Positions 22,732-33,767 of a stretch of 64,000 bases of DNA are shown piece after piece. The notes under the pieces are model-generated. The model worked only from the letters and a program-made list of their open reading frames with translations. It did no database searches and was not told the origin of the DNA. Numbering within the stretch: the stretch's first letter is position 1; the number at the start of each line of letters is the position of its first letter. A program made the position numbers and the translations under genes. Origin of the DNA: Hyaloraphidium curvatum SAG 235-1. Taxonomy: Eukaryota; Fungi; Monoblepharomycota. Where the stretch lies: assembly GCA_025558095.1 (NCBI GenBank), contig JAIVFI010000041.1, positions 186,001 through 250,000 on the forward strand, in the 5' to 3' direction.

Positions 22732-23608
22732 CTACTTCGCCTCCGCGGCCGCCAGCGGCTGCCAGTCCGGAGGGGTCTTGACGATCTGTCCACAAGGAAA
22801 TTAGCGACAGCCGAAACCAATGCGCCGCGGCAACTCACGATCGTCGGGCAGTGAACGTGGTGGATGACGTGGTCCGAGACGCTTCCCAGCATTGCGCGCT
22901 TCAGCGCGCCCATCCCCCGTGATCCCATGATCAGCGTGTCGGCGGACAGCTCGGCACACTTGCGGGTGATCTCGTCCCGCGGGTCGCCTGTCGGGGGACG
23001 GTGTAAACGGCGGTCCGGCCTACCAAAAGACCACTGATCCCCCTACCCCTCATGGCGATGGCCTTGCAGGACACCTGTGGCGGGTCGCCAGTGAGCACTT
23101 GGATCCAGAGAGCAAGTTTTCTAGTCACGGTACCTTCTTTGCCTTGACTTTTGCGGCGGCGGACTTGAGCAGCTCGTGGGAGACGGCGCGGTACTGAAGC
23201 ACAAAAGCTAAAGCTCGATGGGCAATCCGCAGGCGACGACAGCGCCCACCTGCTCCTCGACTTGGGTCAGGTAGTCGGTGAAGTCCATGTCTGCCACCCC
23301 GGAAGGTCCCGGTGAGCTCCTCCGTCACCTCCTGGCTTTCCAGGCCGACACCCACAGCTGGCGCCGAAGCCGGGCACCGTCGCCACGGGCCGCACGTTAA
23401 CCAGCACGACGAGGTCGCTCTCGGGCCGGACGAAGTTGTCCAGCGCCCACTGGAGGGCGTAGGAGCTGTGCGGACTCTGGTCGACGGAGATGACGACGAC
23501 GCGGGTGACGCTGCCGGCGGGGGCCGCGTCGTCGTGGTGGACGATGACGCTCTCTTTGTGCTCGTCGCCCGCGGCGGCGGGCGCGGCAGGAGCCGTCGCT
23601 TCGCTCAT
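22732..23608 (-). CDS. universal stress protein (USP/UspA, ATP-binding type), multi-exon
   Basis: VVVISVDQSPHSSYALQWAL, GDPRDEI, LIMGSRGMGALKRAMLGSVSDHVIHHVHCPTI|IVK. Confidence 0.9.
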
Positions 23609-23644
23609 TGTTGGTGGGGTGTTGGCGGTGAGTCAAATTCCGGT

Positions 23645-23735
23645 GGCGGAGGACGCGGAAGCTCGAACCGAGCCTCCATCCGGTGGCAAATGACGCAGCG
23701 GACCAGAGCGAATGTCGCAAAGGAAAAAGCGGATT
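23645..23735. promoter_or_regulatory. ~90-bp element upstream of USP gene, copy A (GGTGGCAAA at 23682-23690 followed by TGACG)
   Basis: Aligns by eye with 26544-26629. Lies ~40-130 bp upstream of the USP ATG. Confidence 0.6.
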
Positions 23736-23829
23736 ATGTTGCACAGGCAGTCGAAATGAAAGCCGTCCCCTTTGCCTCATCGCCTGGAATCAAATCGGCT
23801 CGACTGATTATCTCTCCCACCGACGGCCC

Positions 23830-25434
23830 CTACGCCCAGCATACATTTTCCAGCGTCAGATACACTCCCGCCCCCCTCAGCAGCCCAAACACGCCCACCG
23901 CGACGGTAAGCAGCGTCGCCGCCACGGTCCGGATAAGCCCCATCGACACGGGCGTCCCGAGAAACGTCGCCCTGAGCTCTGATCCCTCGAGCGCAGACGA
24001 CATCACCGCGATATTGTCGCCGGCCCGCGTCCGCAGCGCGGGGTCCGCCCCAGGGCCCAGGCGGAGCACGAGCAAGCGCAGCTCGGCGCGGGTGCGGTGT
24101 AGGAGGGCGTTGGCGGCGTCGATCTTGGCGTTGCTCCGCGCGAGCCCGATGAGCTGGACAAAACCATTGACGACGTAGAATACGATGCCCATTACCAGGT
24201 ACGCGGGGAAGCAGGAGCCGCCGGCGACGTAGAAGACGGCCTGGATGCACGTAACAAAAAAGAGGCCGACGCTCATGGTCTGCACGTGCGAGTCCTCGGC
24301 GACGCGGAGACTCCAAGTTGGGGAGAGGGCACGGTACAGGGTTACGTAGAGCTCCCGGTCCGCCGGTTCCACCCGGGAGGCAGGAGGAATATCCGTCCCG
24401 AGCTGCTCGGCGTGGTGGAAGCGGTCGACCAGGGAACCCAGGGCGAGGCGGAAGGCGCGGACTTGTAGCCGGGTTTCGAGGCTCACGGCGCGGAGGCCCG
24501 AATTGTTGCGCAACAACGTGAACTGCGCGAGGAGGAAGTACGAGAATTGAACGACGAGTAAGAGGACACAGGAAGCAGCGCTCCAGGCATGGGTCCAGGT
24601 GTCCTCTGCCAGCGTTACCAGTGCCGAGTAGTTCTCGAGAAACGGGTATGCAACCATGGCGCCAAAGAATGACAAGGAGAAGAAAGCGACGACGCTTGTA
24701 ATCACGCGGGTAGGCAGAGATCCTAAGCACGAGAGTCCGGAGCAGGGGCAGTAGGAATCGCCCTTCGCATGGGCAGCTAGGAGCGAGGCCCCCCTGTGGG
24801 CTTCTGCGTCCTTGCTTTCAGCGCCACCGTTGGCCCGGGTGAGCTGGAACCAGCGCGCCAACGGCGCCATGGAGTCGTCGTCCATGATCTCGGCAGCCGG
24901 TTGCCCGTTCACCTCTTCGTCCCGTTCGCCGGCTTTCAATTGATTGACATCGCGCATCATAAACCCCGAGACTGCGAACACGAATCCGCTGCTGACGAAC
25001 TGGAACACGACCGCCGCCGTCGCGACCGCCAGGTTCTTTGTGCCAAACGACTCCCGGCCGTAGACCCAGCATGTAGCGAGAGGGGGGTAGAAGACGAGCT
25101 GCAGCGCGAACCAGTGGGGCAGGGCGAACTTGGCGTACGGCCGCAACAAAATGCCAAGCGCGGCAATCTTCCGCAGGCCCGGCGACGGTGCGAGCGCCTC
25201 CAGCATCGCCTTGGGGGTCAGAGGCAGCGCCTGACGGGCGGCCCGTGCCGGGTCGTCAAAGCGGTGCGCGGCCCACGGCGGCGGGACGCCTAGTGGGGGA
25301 GCAGCGGGGAACAGCGCGAGGAGCTCCCGGTCCGAGAAGGAGACCATGGCCGGGAAGTCTCCCGAGTCTTCCGCGGTGGCCATTGCGACGGCGCCGGTTT
25401 TTAAGTGCCGGATGGAGAAACCGGTCACGTCCAC
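23830..25434 (-). CDS. 7-TM membrane protein, candidate gustatory-receptor-like (7TM ion channel) family
   Basis: Intronless 534 aa with no signal peptide and seven hydrophobic segments. The C-terminus reads LARSNAKIDAANALL...LRATFLGTPVSMGLIRTVAATLLTVAVGVFGLL. Confidence 0.6.
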   Translation of the reverse strand: MDVTGFSIRHLKTGAVAMATAEDSGDFPAMVSFSDRELLALFPAAPPLGVPPPWAAHRFDDPARAARQALPLTPKAMLEALAPSPGLRKIAALGILLRPYAKFALPHWFALQLVFYPPLATCWVYGRESFGTKNLAVATAAVVFQFVSSGFVFAVSGFMMRDVNQLKAGERDEEVNGQPAAEIMDDDSMAPLARWFQLTRANGGAESKDAEAHRGASLLAAHAKGDSYCPCSGLSCLGSLPTRVITSVVAFFSLSFFGAMVAYPFLENYSALVTLAEDTWTHAWSAASCVLLLVVQFSYFLLAQFTLLRNNSGLRAVSLETRLQVRAFRLALGSLVDRFHHAEQLGTDIPPASRVEPADRELYVTLYRALSPTWSLRVAEDSHVQTMSVGLFFVTCIQAVFYVAGGSCFPAYLVMGIVFYVVNGFVQLIGLARSNAKIDAANALLHRTRAELRLLVLRLGPGADPALRTRAGDNIAVMSSALEGSELRATFLGTPVSMGLIRTVAATLLTVAVGVFGLLRGAGVYLTLENVCWA

Positions 25435-25770
25435 CCCGATGGCGTGTGCGCCGGACGCGGACGGCGCAAGGGGTGCTCGGACCCGGAATCCTAGGCTTCG
25501 GCGCTTAAAGCGCGCGCGCGCGCTGGAGATAACAGGACTGGCAAGACGACCAGGAGACCCAGTCTCTTGGTCTTATAGCCTTTATTACTAGCTAGTTTAG
25601 CAATTCCGATATTCTCCCGCATTTCCTCCGCATCTCGTATTGGCCTCGGTCAACGCGACGCCGCGGCCGGCGCTGCGGGTCACCGCACACGACTTCGCGT
25701 GCAAGGTTATCTTTTGTAGGTTGCCGCGGAGCCGAGCCGACACGCGCAGCCACGCCCGCTCTGACCGGAC

Positions 25771-26073
25771 ATGCCAGACTGGCGCGCGGGAATGCGCCCC
25801 GACGACAACTTCGGGTTCCCCGAACAGGACCGCGCCGAGGCCATTTTGACGGGCATCGTCGAGGCCGCTGCCAAGGCGCTGAACCCCGAGGCCAGGATTG
25901 AGGAGGCGGAGTTCGCGCAGGATTGGACGGGGTATTATGCCAAGGTCAGGGGCATCACCGGGGAGATGTTCTATAATTTCAAGAGTGCGGTGGAACTTGA
26001 ATGCGAGGCGAGGTGGGAATCCTCGGAAGGAGGTCCCTACGTGACGGTCGAGGTGCTGAGGACGACGGCTTGA
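25771..26073 (+). CDS. small hypothetical protein (possibly with an upstream exon)
   Basis: 100-aa ORF with strong G/C third-position bias and globular composition. Confidence 0.45.
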   Translation: MPDWRAGMRPDDNFGFPEQDRAEAILTGIVEAAAKALNPEARIEEAEFAQDWTGYYAKVRGITGEMFYNFKSAVELECEARWESSEGGPYVTVEVLRTTA

Positions 26074-26543
26074 GAGACGCAGCCCGTGCATGTACCGTTC
26101 ACGCCTCGCAACTAATCATGCACCGCTTGTCAACCACGATTCCATGGTCCCTGGCCTGGTCGCCCATCCCCCTCCGCCCGACCGGGAGGGGGGCCGGGGT
26201 TGGGGCGCAGCAGATCGGGGACCCCCGACGAGGCACCAGGTCTCCTCACATCACGCTCTTTGTCGTTACGACGCGTTTGTTGCTTGCAACATCAATCCCG
26301 CAGATCGGATGCCAAGAGCGCTACTACGGCCCCCGCGTCGCACAGCAACAAGGCAGCGCCAGCGTATCGGTCGACTTCCCACGGAATCGGCAGCTTTAGC
26401 GCACCAAGTACTGTTTCCGGCGTGATGAGCAAGATGCCGTCGTTGTCAATCTCTAAGGACCGCATGACGCGGTCAAATACGATTGCGGGAGAGGGGGCTG
26501 GGGTGGCCGGTGCGGTGGCCGCAGCGGGAGCATCGTGTGCAGC

Positions 26544-26629
26544 GGCGAAGGACGCGGCTTGAATCGAGCTCCATCTGGTGGCAAATGACGGAGCGGACTC
26601 GAGCGAAATTCGCAAAAAGAAAGCGGATT
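26544..26629. repeat. copy B of ~90-bp non-coding element (GGTGGCAAA at 26577-26585)
   Basis: Direct repeat of 23645-23735, sharing ctccatc.ggtggcaaatgacg.agcggac..gagcgaa..tcgcaaa...aaagcggatt. Confidence 0.8.
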
Positions 26630-26954
26630 GGAGCACCTCAAGACCAGTGTTTGACAAATCATGACAGATGCCGCCCCGTGAGGGCTGCTCCTTGGGTGAG
26701 GAGCCGGGCCCAAGGTAAGATATCCGACCCAGACTACAGAGCCTCCTTTGACTAAAGAAACTCTGGAGCCGCCCTGTGTTAAGGCGCAAATCACGGCTAT
26801 GGAGCTGAATTCCTTGTACATTTGAGAGTGTTGGCCAGATTTGAGGGAGAGGAGAACGTTGTCATCGGACCCCCTCTGTTGCACCTCGTGCGAAGCCCGC
26901 GAGGGGCAAACTCGTGCTTCAACCAACGACCACGTCCGAACTCGACTCCACGCG

Positions 26955-28154
26955 ATGCCCGCCACCGCGCCCACGCCGCAGATACCCGCCCTCGTCTACC
27001 GCGCGCGCAGCCCGGCGAATGAATCGTGCGCGGCGCCGGCGGCGGCGATCGAGGGCGCGGCGGCGGGCAACAGCGCGGGCGACGCGCCGGCGGCCGCCTT
27101 CAAGGATGATTTCGGGAGGTTCGGAGGAGCCACAGCGGTGCTGTGCAGCCTGGTGGACGCGACGGGCGCGCCGGGCCCGGGGGGAGAGCGCGACGCGGCG
27201 ACTTCGGAGGGTGCGGTAGACGCGCCGGATACCGGCACACCGCTGGTTCCAGAGGCCGTGCGACCGATCGCCCAACAGCGGAAGTGCCCGGAGGACGACG
27301 GATCCGCGGCCGCGCCGGCATCGGAGCAGGCTTCGCACCCCGCGGCGAGCGCCCAGCGGGTCACCGTCGGCGACAAGCTCATGCTCATGGGGAGCCTCGA
27401 AACCTACAAGGCGCTGTGCGGGCTCACCGCCGAGACGGGCAGCCACCTCCGATCGCTGTTCAGCATGCTCTTCGACGCCGACGACGTGGCCGCGTTCTCG
27501 CGCCTCTGCCTGCCGGCGCTGGCCCAGCTCGACTTCCACCTAGAGGAGTGCGCCTACGGCCGAGGGAAAGAACTGGAGCTTTTCGGGATCGGGTTCGATT
27601 GGTTCGGCATGCCGAGGCTGCGCCGGCTCTCGTACCACGGCCGTGTCCTCCCCGCCTTCTTCGCCGCGCTCGAGGCTACCTCCCACCTCCTGCACCGCAT
27701 CGACCTGCAGCCCTTCGACGCCTCCGAGGCCCTCGCGATCCCGGACCGCATCCTCGCCGCCGTCCGCGCATTCGGCCCCGCGATCGACACCTCGGACGGC
27801 ACCGCGGCGCTGGCCCGCAGGCCCGCGTTCAGGCCGCGCGTGCTCCGCCTGGGTGCATTCAACGGATTCGACCGCGAGTGGGCCGCGCTGTGCGGGGAGC
27901 GGTGGATCGGGGGGCTCGAGGGGCTGGAGGTGCGGAGCCTCCCGACGCGCGCGCTGGCGAGGGGGCTGCCGGAGTGGTTCCCGCGGATCAAGGTCGAGTG
28001 CCTCGTCCTCGATCACGGCGAAGCGGACCACGAGGAGGTGATGGAGGTGCTGAGGAGCGGGCTGGTGGCGACCGCGGGCGCGCGCCTCGCGCTCGAGGGG
28101 GGCTTCCTCGCCGCCGAGTGCCCCGATTTCTCGGTCCCCGATCCATGGGGTTGA
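26955..28154 (+). CDS. hypothetical protein with degenerate LRR-like C-terminal region
   Basis: Ala/Pro-rich N-terminus, then LPALAQLDF, MPRLRRLSY, LHRIDL, LEGLEV motifs. Intronless. Confidence 0.55.
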   Translation: MPATAPTPQIPALVYRARSPANESCAAPAAAIEGAAAGNSAGDAPAAAFKDDFGRFGGATAVLCSLVDATGAPGPGGERDAATSEGAVDAPDTGTPLVPEAVRPIAQQRKCPEDDGSAAAPASEQASHPAASAQRVTVGDKLMLMGSLETYKALCGLTAETGSHLRSLFSMLFDADDVAAFSRLCLPALAQLDFHLEECAYGRGKELELFGIGFDWFGMPRLRRLSYHGRVLPAFFAALEATSHLLHRIDLQPFDASEALAIPDRILAAVRAFGPAIDTSDGTAALARRPAFRPRVLRLGAFNGFDREWAALCGERWIGGLEGLEVRSLPTRALARGLPEWFPRIKVECLVLDHGEADHEEVMEVLRSGLVATAGARLALEGGFLAAECPDFSVPDPWG

Positions 28155-28460
28155 GGAACGCTGGCATGGGCTCGCCGTCGCCGTCAGCTGGCAGGGAACG
28201 CGGCAGCGGCGGACTTGACGGGATAACTACGGGGCAAGCGCGATCGCGCCGTCGGACGGTGCGATCGCTCGCCAAAAAGCCACCAAGCCGCTCTCCACTA
28301 GCCGCGCTCTCCATGTATTCTACTCTCTCTCTCCCGCGCCTCGCAAAAGATCGCTATCACTAGGGTATACCGCTCCGCGCTCCCGCGCGAATGCTCCGCC
28401 GCACCGAGCTTCCCGCCGAACGCAAATGTCTGTCGAGGGACGGGGCAGGCCGCCCGCGGC

Positions 28461-29345
28461 CTACCCCACGTCGTCGTCGTCGCCTCCCCCGCCGTTGATC
28501 CGCCGCAGGTGGGACTTGTGGTGCGTCTGTTTCCGGCCGCGGCGTCAGCTTGCTTCCGGCGGCAGGCGGGGCAAGGAGGAGGGGTACCTTCATGTTGTCC
28601 ACGCGCACGAACGACTTGCCGCACCCGGGGATGGGGCAGTAGTGCCTGCTCCGCGGGTCCTCGTCGTGCACCCTCGAGTGGCGGTTCTTGACCGCGGCCC
28701 GCCGTCAGCAGCGTCCCCCTTGAACGCAACGGGCGGACGTACCATGTTCCCGAGCGTCCCGTACACCTTGCCGCACTTTGGGCACGCGTACTTTTTGCCC
28801 GGCCTGTTGGGGTCGCGGTGGTTCTGCGTTGGATACCACGCGAACGGGTCGTGCGGGTTGGGCGGGGGCGGGGGGTAGCCCTGCTGCTGCTGCTGCGGCT
28901 GCGGCTGCGGGGGGTACGGGTCGGGCGGGCGCTGGGTGCGCGGGGCGGGCTGGTAGGGGGGGTAGGAGGAGTAGGGCTGGTAGTACGGGCGCTCCGGGGG
29001 CGCGTACGAGTGCGGGGCGGCGAAGGGGTCGAAGGGGTCCAGGAACGGGCGCGCGAGGGGCGGCAGCGGCTGCTGGGGCGCCGAGTGCTGGAAGGCGTGC
29101 GGCGGCATCATCCACGGCGGCGCGGACAGCCGCGCGGGCGGGGCGAAGGGGTCGGCGGGCGGCGGTGCGCCGGGCGGGTCGGCGGGCGCGCGCCAGTCGG
29201 GGAGCGGCCGCCAGCCCGCGGGCGCGTCGGGCGGCGCGGCGCCCGACGCGGCGAAGGCGAGCGCGCCCATGGCCTGCGCGGCGGCGCTTTCCGGGCCGGC
29301 GGAGAATGCGCCCGACGGGGGCCGCGCCCCGCCGAAAAGGTCCAT
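28461..29345 (-). CDS. C2H2 zinc-finger transcription factor (2 fingers), 3 exons
   Basis: YACPKCGKVYGTLGNM|NRHSRVH...HYCPIPGCGKSFVRVDNMK|THHKSH. Pro/Gln/Tyr-rich N-terminus. Confidence 0.88.
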
Positions 29346-29654
29346 CGCCGCGGCGGCCGCGCCCTCCTAACACTCGCACCGCGGCAGAGCGCGGGCCGCG
29401 GGCGGCATCGGCCCCGGGCGGGTTGGGGATAAGGTGGGGAAGGTGGGGATGTTGCGGGACCCGATTCGATCCCGTGGGGATAAAAAGGCGGGGAACGACC
29501 GCGCCAGCTCGATCCCTCGACGAAGATCGCCCCGAAAGGGGCCCGGAATTCTCCTTCTGGGCACAAAGACATCTGCCTGGCATCAGCCCCGCCGTCCCCG
29601 CCGCCGCCGCCCCCCACCGCGCCCCGCAACCCGCGGCCGCACCGCGCCCCATGC

Positions 29655-30780
29655 TCACTCGTTGATCTTGCGGCGGCCGCTGCGGCCCCGCAGCAGCGGC
29701 CTGTACACCGGCTCGCCCCCGTCCTCGGCCGCGCCCTCGGCGATCCGCTTGGCGTGCGCGGTGTGGTGCGTCTGCCCCCCCCCCCCCGGATGGCGAGAAG
29801 CCGTCAGCACCGTCATCACCCTCCGAACGCCCCCCATCCGGGGCTTCGTCCCCGCCCGAGCGACCCACCTTCATGTTGTCGATCCTTGCGAACCGTTTCC
29901 CGCACCCCGGTATCGGGCACGTGTACCAGCTCTCGGTCTGGTGCACCCTCCTGTGCCTGTTGAGGTGGCCCCTGCTCCCGTACGCCTTGCCGCACCCCGG
30001 GTGCGGGCACGGGTACTGCTTCCGCCCGTCGGCGCCCACCGTGGACGGCGCACGCTCGTCCGAGTCGTAGTCCGAGCGGGAGGGCGAGGCCGCGCCCGTC
30101 GGGGGCGTCTGCGAGTAGCCGTCGCCGGCGGGGAGGGGGACGGGGTACCCCGGGAGGCCGGTGGCGGGGTCCGTCGGGTACCCCTGTCCTGCCGAAGCGG
30201 GGTATGGGTTCTGCGGGAAGCCGAAGGCGCTGCCGCCGGGGAACCCCGGGCCGGCCGGGTACCCCGCGCTAAAGGCCTGCCCCTGGAACTGGGCCCCGGC
30301 CGGGTACCCCGTCCCCGCGGCGGCGTACCCCTGTCCCTGCGTAAAGCCCTGCGCCGCGTCCTGCCCCGCCGCTTGGTAGCCGGCGGGGGGGTAGTACGGG
30401 TACCCGGCGGAAGCCTGCTGCCCCGCGGACGCGCCCGCCCCCTGGGCCCCCGCGCCCGCGTCCGGCGCCCCCGGCGGCGCGTAGCCGTACTCGCCGTAGC
30501 CGAACTGCGCCCTCTGCCCCTGGCCGTCGCCGGCCTGCGGGTAGTACCACCCGTGCCCGGGTGCGAACGCCGCCTGCCCCTGCTGCCCGCCGCCCTCCCA
30601 GCCGTAGTCCGCGTACCGCGCGGCCCCGTTCCCGCCGCCGCTGCCGCTCCAGTACCCGCCGGCCCACTCGGCCGGCGCGGCGGGCGGCGGCGCGGTGGCC
30701 AGCGGCCCGAGCTTGCCGGCCTCGGTGGCGATGTCGTCGAGCGTGACGCCGAACGAGACCGGCGGGGGCGACGCGGACAT
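29655..30780 (-). CDS. C2H2 zinc-finger transcription factor (2 fingers), 2 exons; tandem paralog
   Basis: YPCPHPGCGKAYGSRGHLNRHRRVH...YTCPIPGCGKRFARIDNMK|THHTAH. Gly/Tyr/Gln/Pro-rich N-terminus. Confidence 0.88.
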
Positions 30781-31849
30781 CGGGCCCGTGTTCTGTGCGG
30801 CAGGTGTTCCCGGGCGAGAGAGGGGGGAAGGAAAAACGGGATGGGGTGGAGGTGACTGCGCGGCAGGCGCTTGGGGATCAGGCGAGAGCCCGCGGTTGGG
30901 GTCCTGGGTCGGCCGGCCGACGGGTGCCGGGGCTCGGGCGGGTCGCTTCCCGGCGGCGGAGTAAATCCAACCGTCCGGGCACGCAGGATTCCGTCCTCGC
31001 TGCGGGGCAGGGAGCGCGGGTGTCGGGCGTCGGTGGGGGCAGAGCCCCGTCCCTCGAATCCTGGGAAAGGGTATGGGGGATCGCGCGCGTGTCCTCCCTT
31101 CGCCGCCGCCGCGGGGGGCCGCGGCCGAGACAATGAAGAGAAACGCAGTGCGAAGGGCTTCGCCGCGGATCGGACGGGTCAGGTGGGGGAGGGGGAAGCC
31201 CCCGCGGCCCGGAGGCTGATGGAGGCCGGACAGGGACGTCGGCATGGGGGGCGCGGGAGGCCGCCGGGCAGAAAAAGGCGGATGCGGAGCAACAACCAAG
31301 AAGGATGGGACGGTAGGCACCGATATGGTCGAAGCCTTTGGATAGGAGGCGTCCGGAGAGAGCCCCCCAGATGGGTCGGCTGGCCGCCGTGCAACCGTGG
31401 TTGCCCGGTTCTTCGCATGACGGCCTCCATGTGGACGGGGAGGAAGCGATGCTCCCAAAGAGCGGATACGGACGGGTGGAAACGGCGTCCGGGGCCCCGT
31501 GGACGTCCCGGCGCCGCCCAGCCCAACGACTCGGACTCCCAGGCCGCGCCCTCGTCCCGAGATCCAATCCGGCCCGCGGAAGGCAGCCCAAGCCATTTCT
31601 CACCTCCGTTCATCATCCATCCGCGTAAGTTCCCCGGGATTCGGCGGTCCGGTCCAGCGTCGCCACGGCCCGTCCGAGGTGGCGAAGGTTCTTCCGGCAC
31701 GCGGGCCGAGCTCAACTCCGTCTCCCGGACCTCCACGGACCAACGCGCGCCCGCAACGCGCGAGCGGACCCGGACATCGACGGACGGCATTCGTCGAGTA
31801 GAGAGGAACCGAGGAGCGTCAGCCGGCGAGAGGAAGAGAGGAAGCCAGG

Positions 31850-33668
31850 ATGTCTCTGCTCTTGGACCCCAAGACCAAGCTGAACCCGGGTGGGCAGGCG
31901 CGGCTCCAGTCAGCTCCGCTCGTGTGCTGACGACTCGCCATGTCTCCTGCCCACAGCGGGCACGCCCGACCTGTTGGTCCCCGCCTCCCCGCCCCCCCGG
32001 CGCGCCTGACCCCCCCGCGCAGGTTCAACATCCCCAAGGAAATAACGGACTACCTCGCGGTGCTGGACAAGTTCATCGATGAGAAGGTCTCGTCTCGCCA
32101 CGCGCGCCGAGGGGCGGAATCGGGCGCTGACTTTCGGTTGCCGGCCCCGATTCCTTGTCCCGATGCCTGGGCTGCATCCCACCCCGCCGTGCCACCCCTC
32201 GTTGCCCCGTTTGCCCCGCCCGCCGGCACCCCGCCCTCCAGATTACGCCCCTCCAGATGGCCGACGACAACAACCGCTTCTTCGACCACCGCCGCGAATG
32301 GGCCCGCACCGATTTCGACAACCGCGGCCTGCCCCGCCCCGAGTGGGAGGCCCTCCTCCGCAAAATGCGCGAGACGGCCACCGAGGCCGGCCACTTCCGC
32401 TTCCCCATGCCGCCCGAGTTCGGCGGCCGCAACGGGAGCAACCTCGCCATGGCGGTGATCCGGTGGCACCTGGCCCGCAAGGGGCTCGGGCTGTTCAACG
32501 ACCTGCAGAACGAGTCGTCGATCGTGGGCAACGTGCCGACGGTGCTCATGCTCAGGGACTTTGGGAGCAAGAAGCAGCAGGACATGATCCCGGACGTGCT
32601 GGCGGGCAAGAAGAGGATCGCGTTCGGGCTCACGGAGCCCAAGCACGGCTCCGACGCCACCTACATGGAGACCAAGGCCGTCAAGGACCCCAAGACGGGC
32701 GAGTGGATCATCAACGGTGGGTTTCCGGCGACCGGAGGTGGCACGTACGCTGCTGACCGTGATCCCCCGCGCGCCTCTCCACCCTCCCTCGCCCGCTCCC
32801 TTTGCGACAGGCGCCAAGATGTGGAACTCGGGCATGCACCACGCCACCCACGACATGGTTTTCGCCCGCACGGACGGCAAGGACGGCAACGCCAACGGCA
32901 TCACCTGCTTCATCGTGCCCGTCACGGCCCCCGGCTTCAAGATCGAGGAGTACCTGTGGACCTTCAACATGCCCACGGACCACGCCCTTGTGTCCATCAA
33001 GGACGTCCGCGTCACGGACGACGACATTTTCGGCGAGCGCGGCCAGGGACTCCTCATCGCCTCGCACTTTGTCCACGAGAACCGCATCCGCCAGGCCGCC
33101 TCGTCGTGTGGTGCCGCAGAGTACTGCGTGGCGGAGAGTGTAAAATACGCCAAGGAACGCAAGCCGTTCGGCAAGCCGCTGGCGGCCAACCAGGCTATCC
33201 AGTGGCCGCTGATCGAGCTGCACACCGAGGCCACCATGCTGAGGGGGCTCATCTTCAAGACCGCGGCCGAGATGGACAAGATGCCCAAGCCCGACGTGGC
33301 GCTGTACCTCTCCGACCGGATCGGTGGGCGTTGCTCGTGCCCGATCCCGCGTAACCTGCCGTTCCTGACGCCGCCTCCCCCCATCCCACCCCCACCCCCC
33401 AGCCATGTGCAACTACCGCGCCAACCGCCTGTGCTGCAACGCCGCCGACCGCGCCATGCAGATCCACGGCGGCATCGGCTACTCGCGCCACAAGCCCTTC
33501 GAGCACATCTACCGCCACCACCGCCGCTACAGGATCACCGAGGGGTCCGAGGAGATTCAGATGCGCCGCGTGGGGCAGGTGCTCTTCGGCATCGAGGGGT
33601 ACTCGTCGCGCAACGTCAAGAAGGAGGAGGAGGGGCTGTACAGGCACAACCCGAAGGCCAGGCTGTGA
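31850..33668 (+). CDS. acyl-CoA dehydrogenase, multi-exon
   Basis: RFFDHRREWART, AFGLTEPKHGSDA, WIING|AKMWNSG, YAKERKPFGKPLAANQAIQ, AMQIHGGIGYS, YRITEGSEEIQ. Confidence 0.92.
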
Positions 33669-33767
33669 GCGGAGCGGGGTACAGGCGTGTTTGGCCGGAC
33701 GTGATTAGACTTTTTGACCTCCTTGGTCGCGATAGGTCGTCTATCTTCGAGATCGTCCATGCCAAAT

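Noticed and set aside
25548-25572. 11-bp hairpin GACCAGGAGAC-CCA-GTCTCTTGGTC next to an AT-rich patch
   Set aside because: A single short stem with no tRNA/snoRNA or MITE context; could be chance.
26292-26789. Minus-strand ORF overlapping repeat copy B as a USP paralog
   Set aside because: No USP motifs and weak codon bias, so I cannot support it as a gene.
28705-31596. 963-aa ORF apparently joining both zinc-finger genes
   Set aside because: It reads through promoter, intron and intergenic sequence. Two spliced genes with their own stops explain the motifs.
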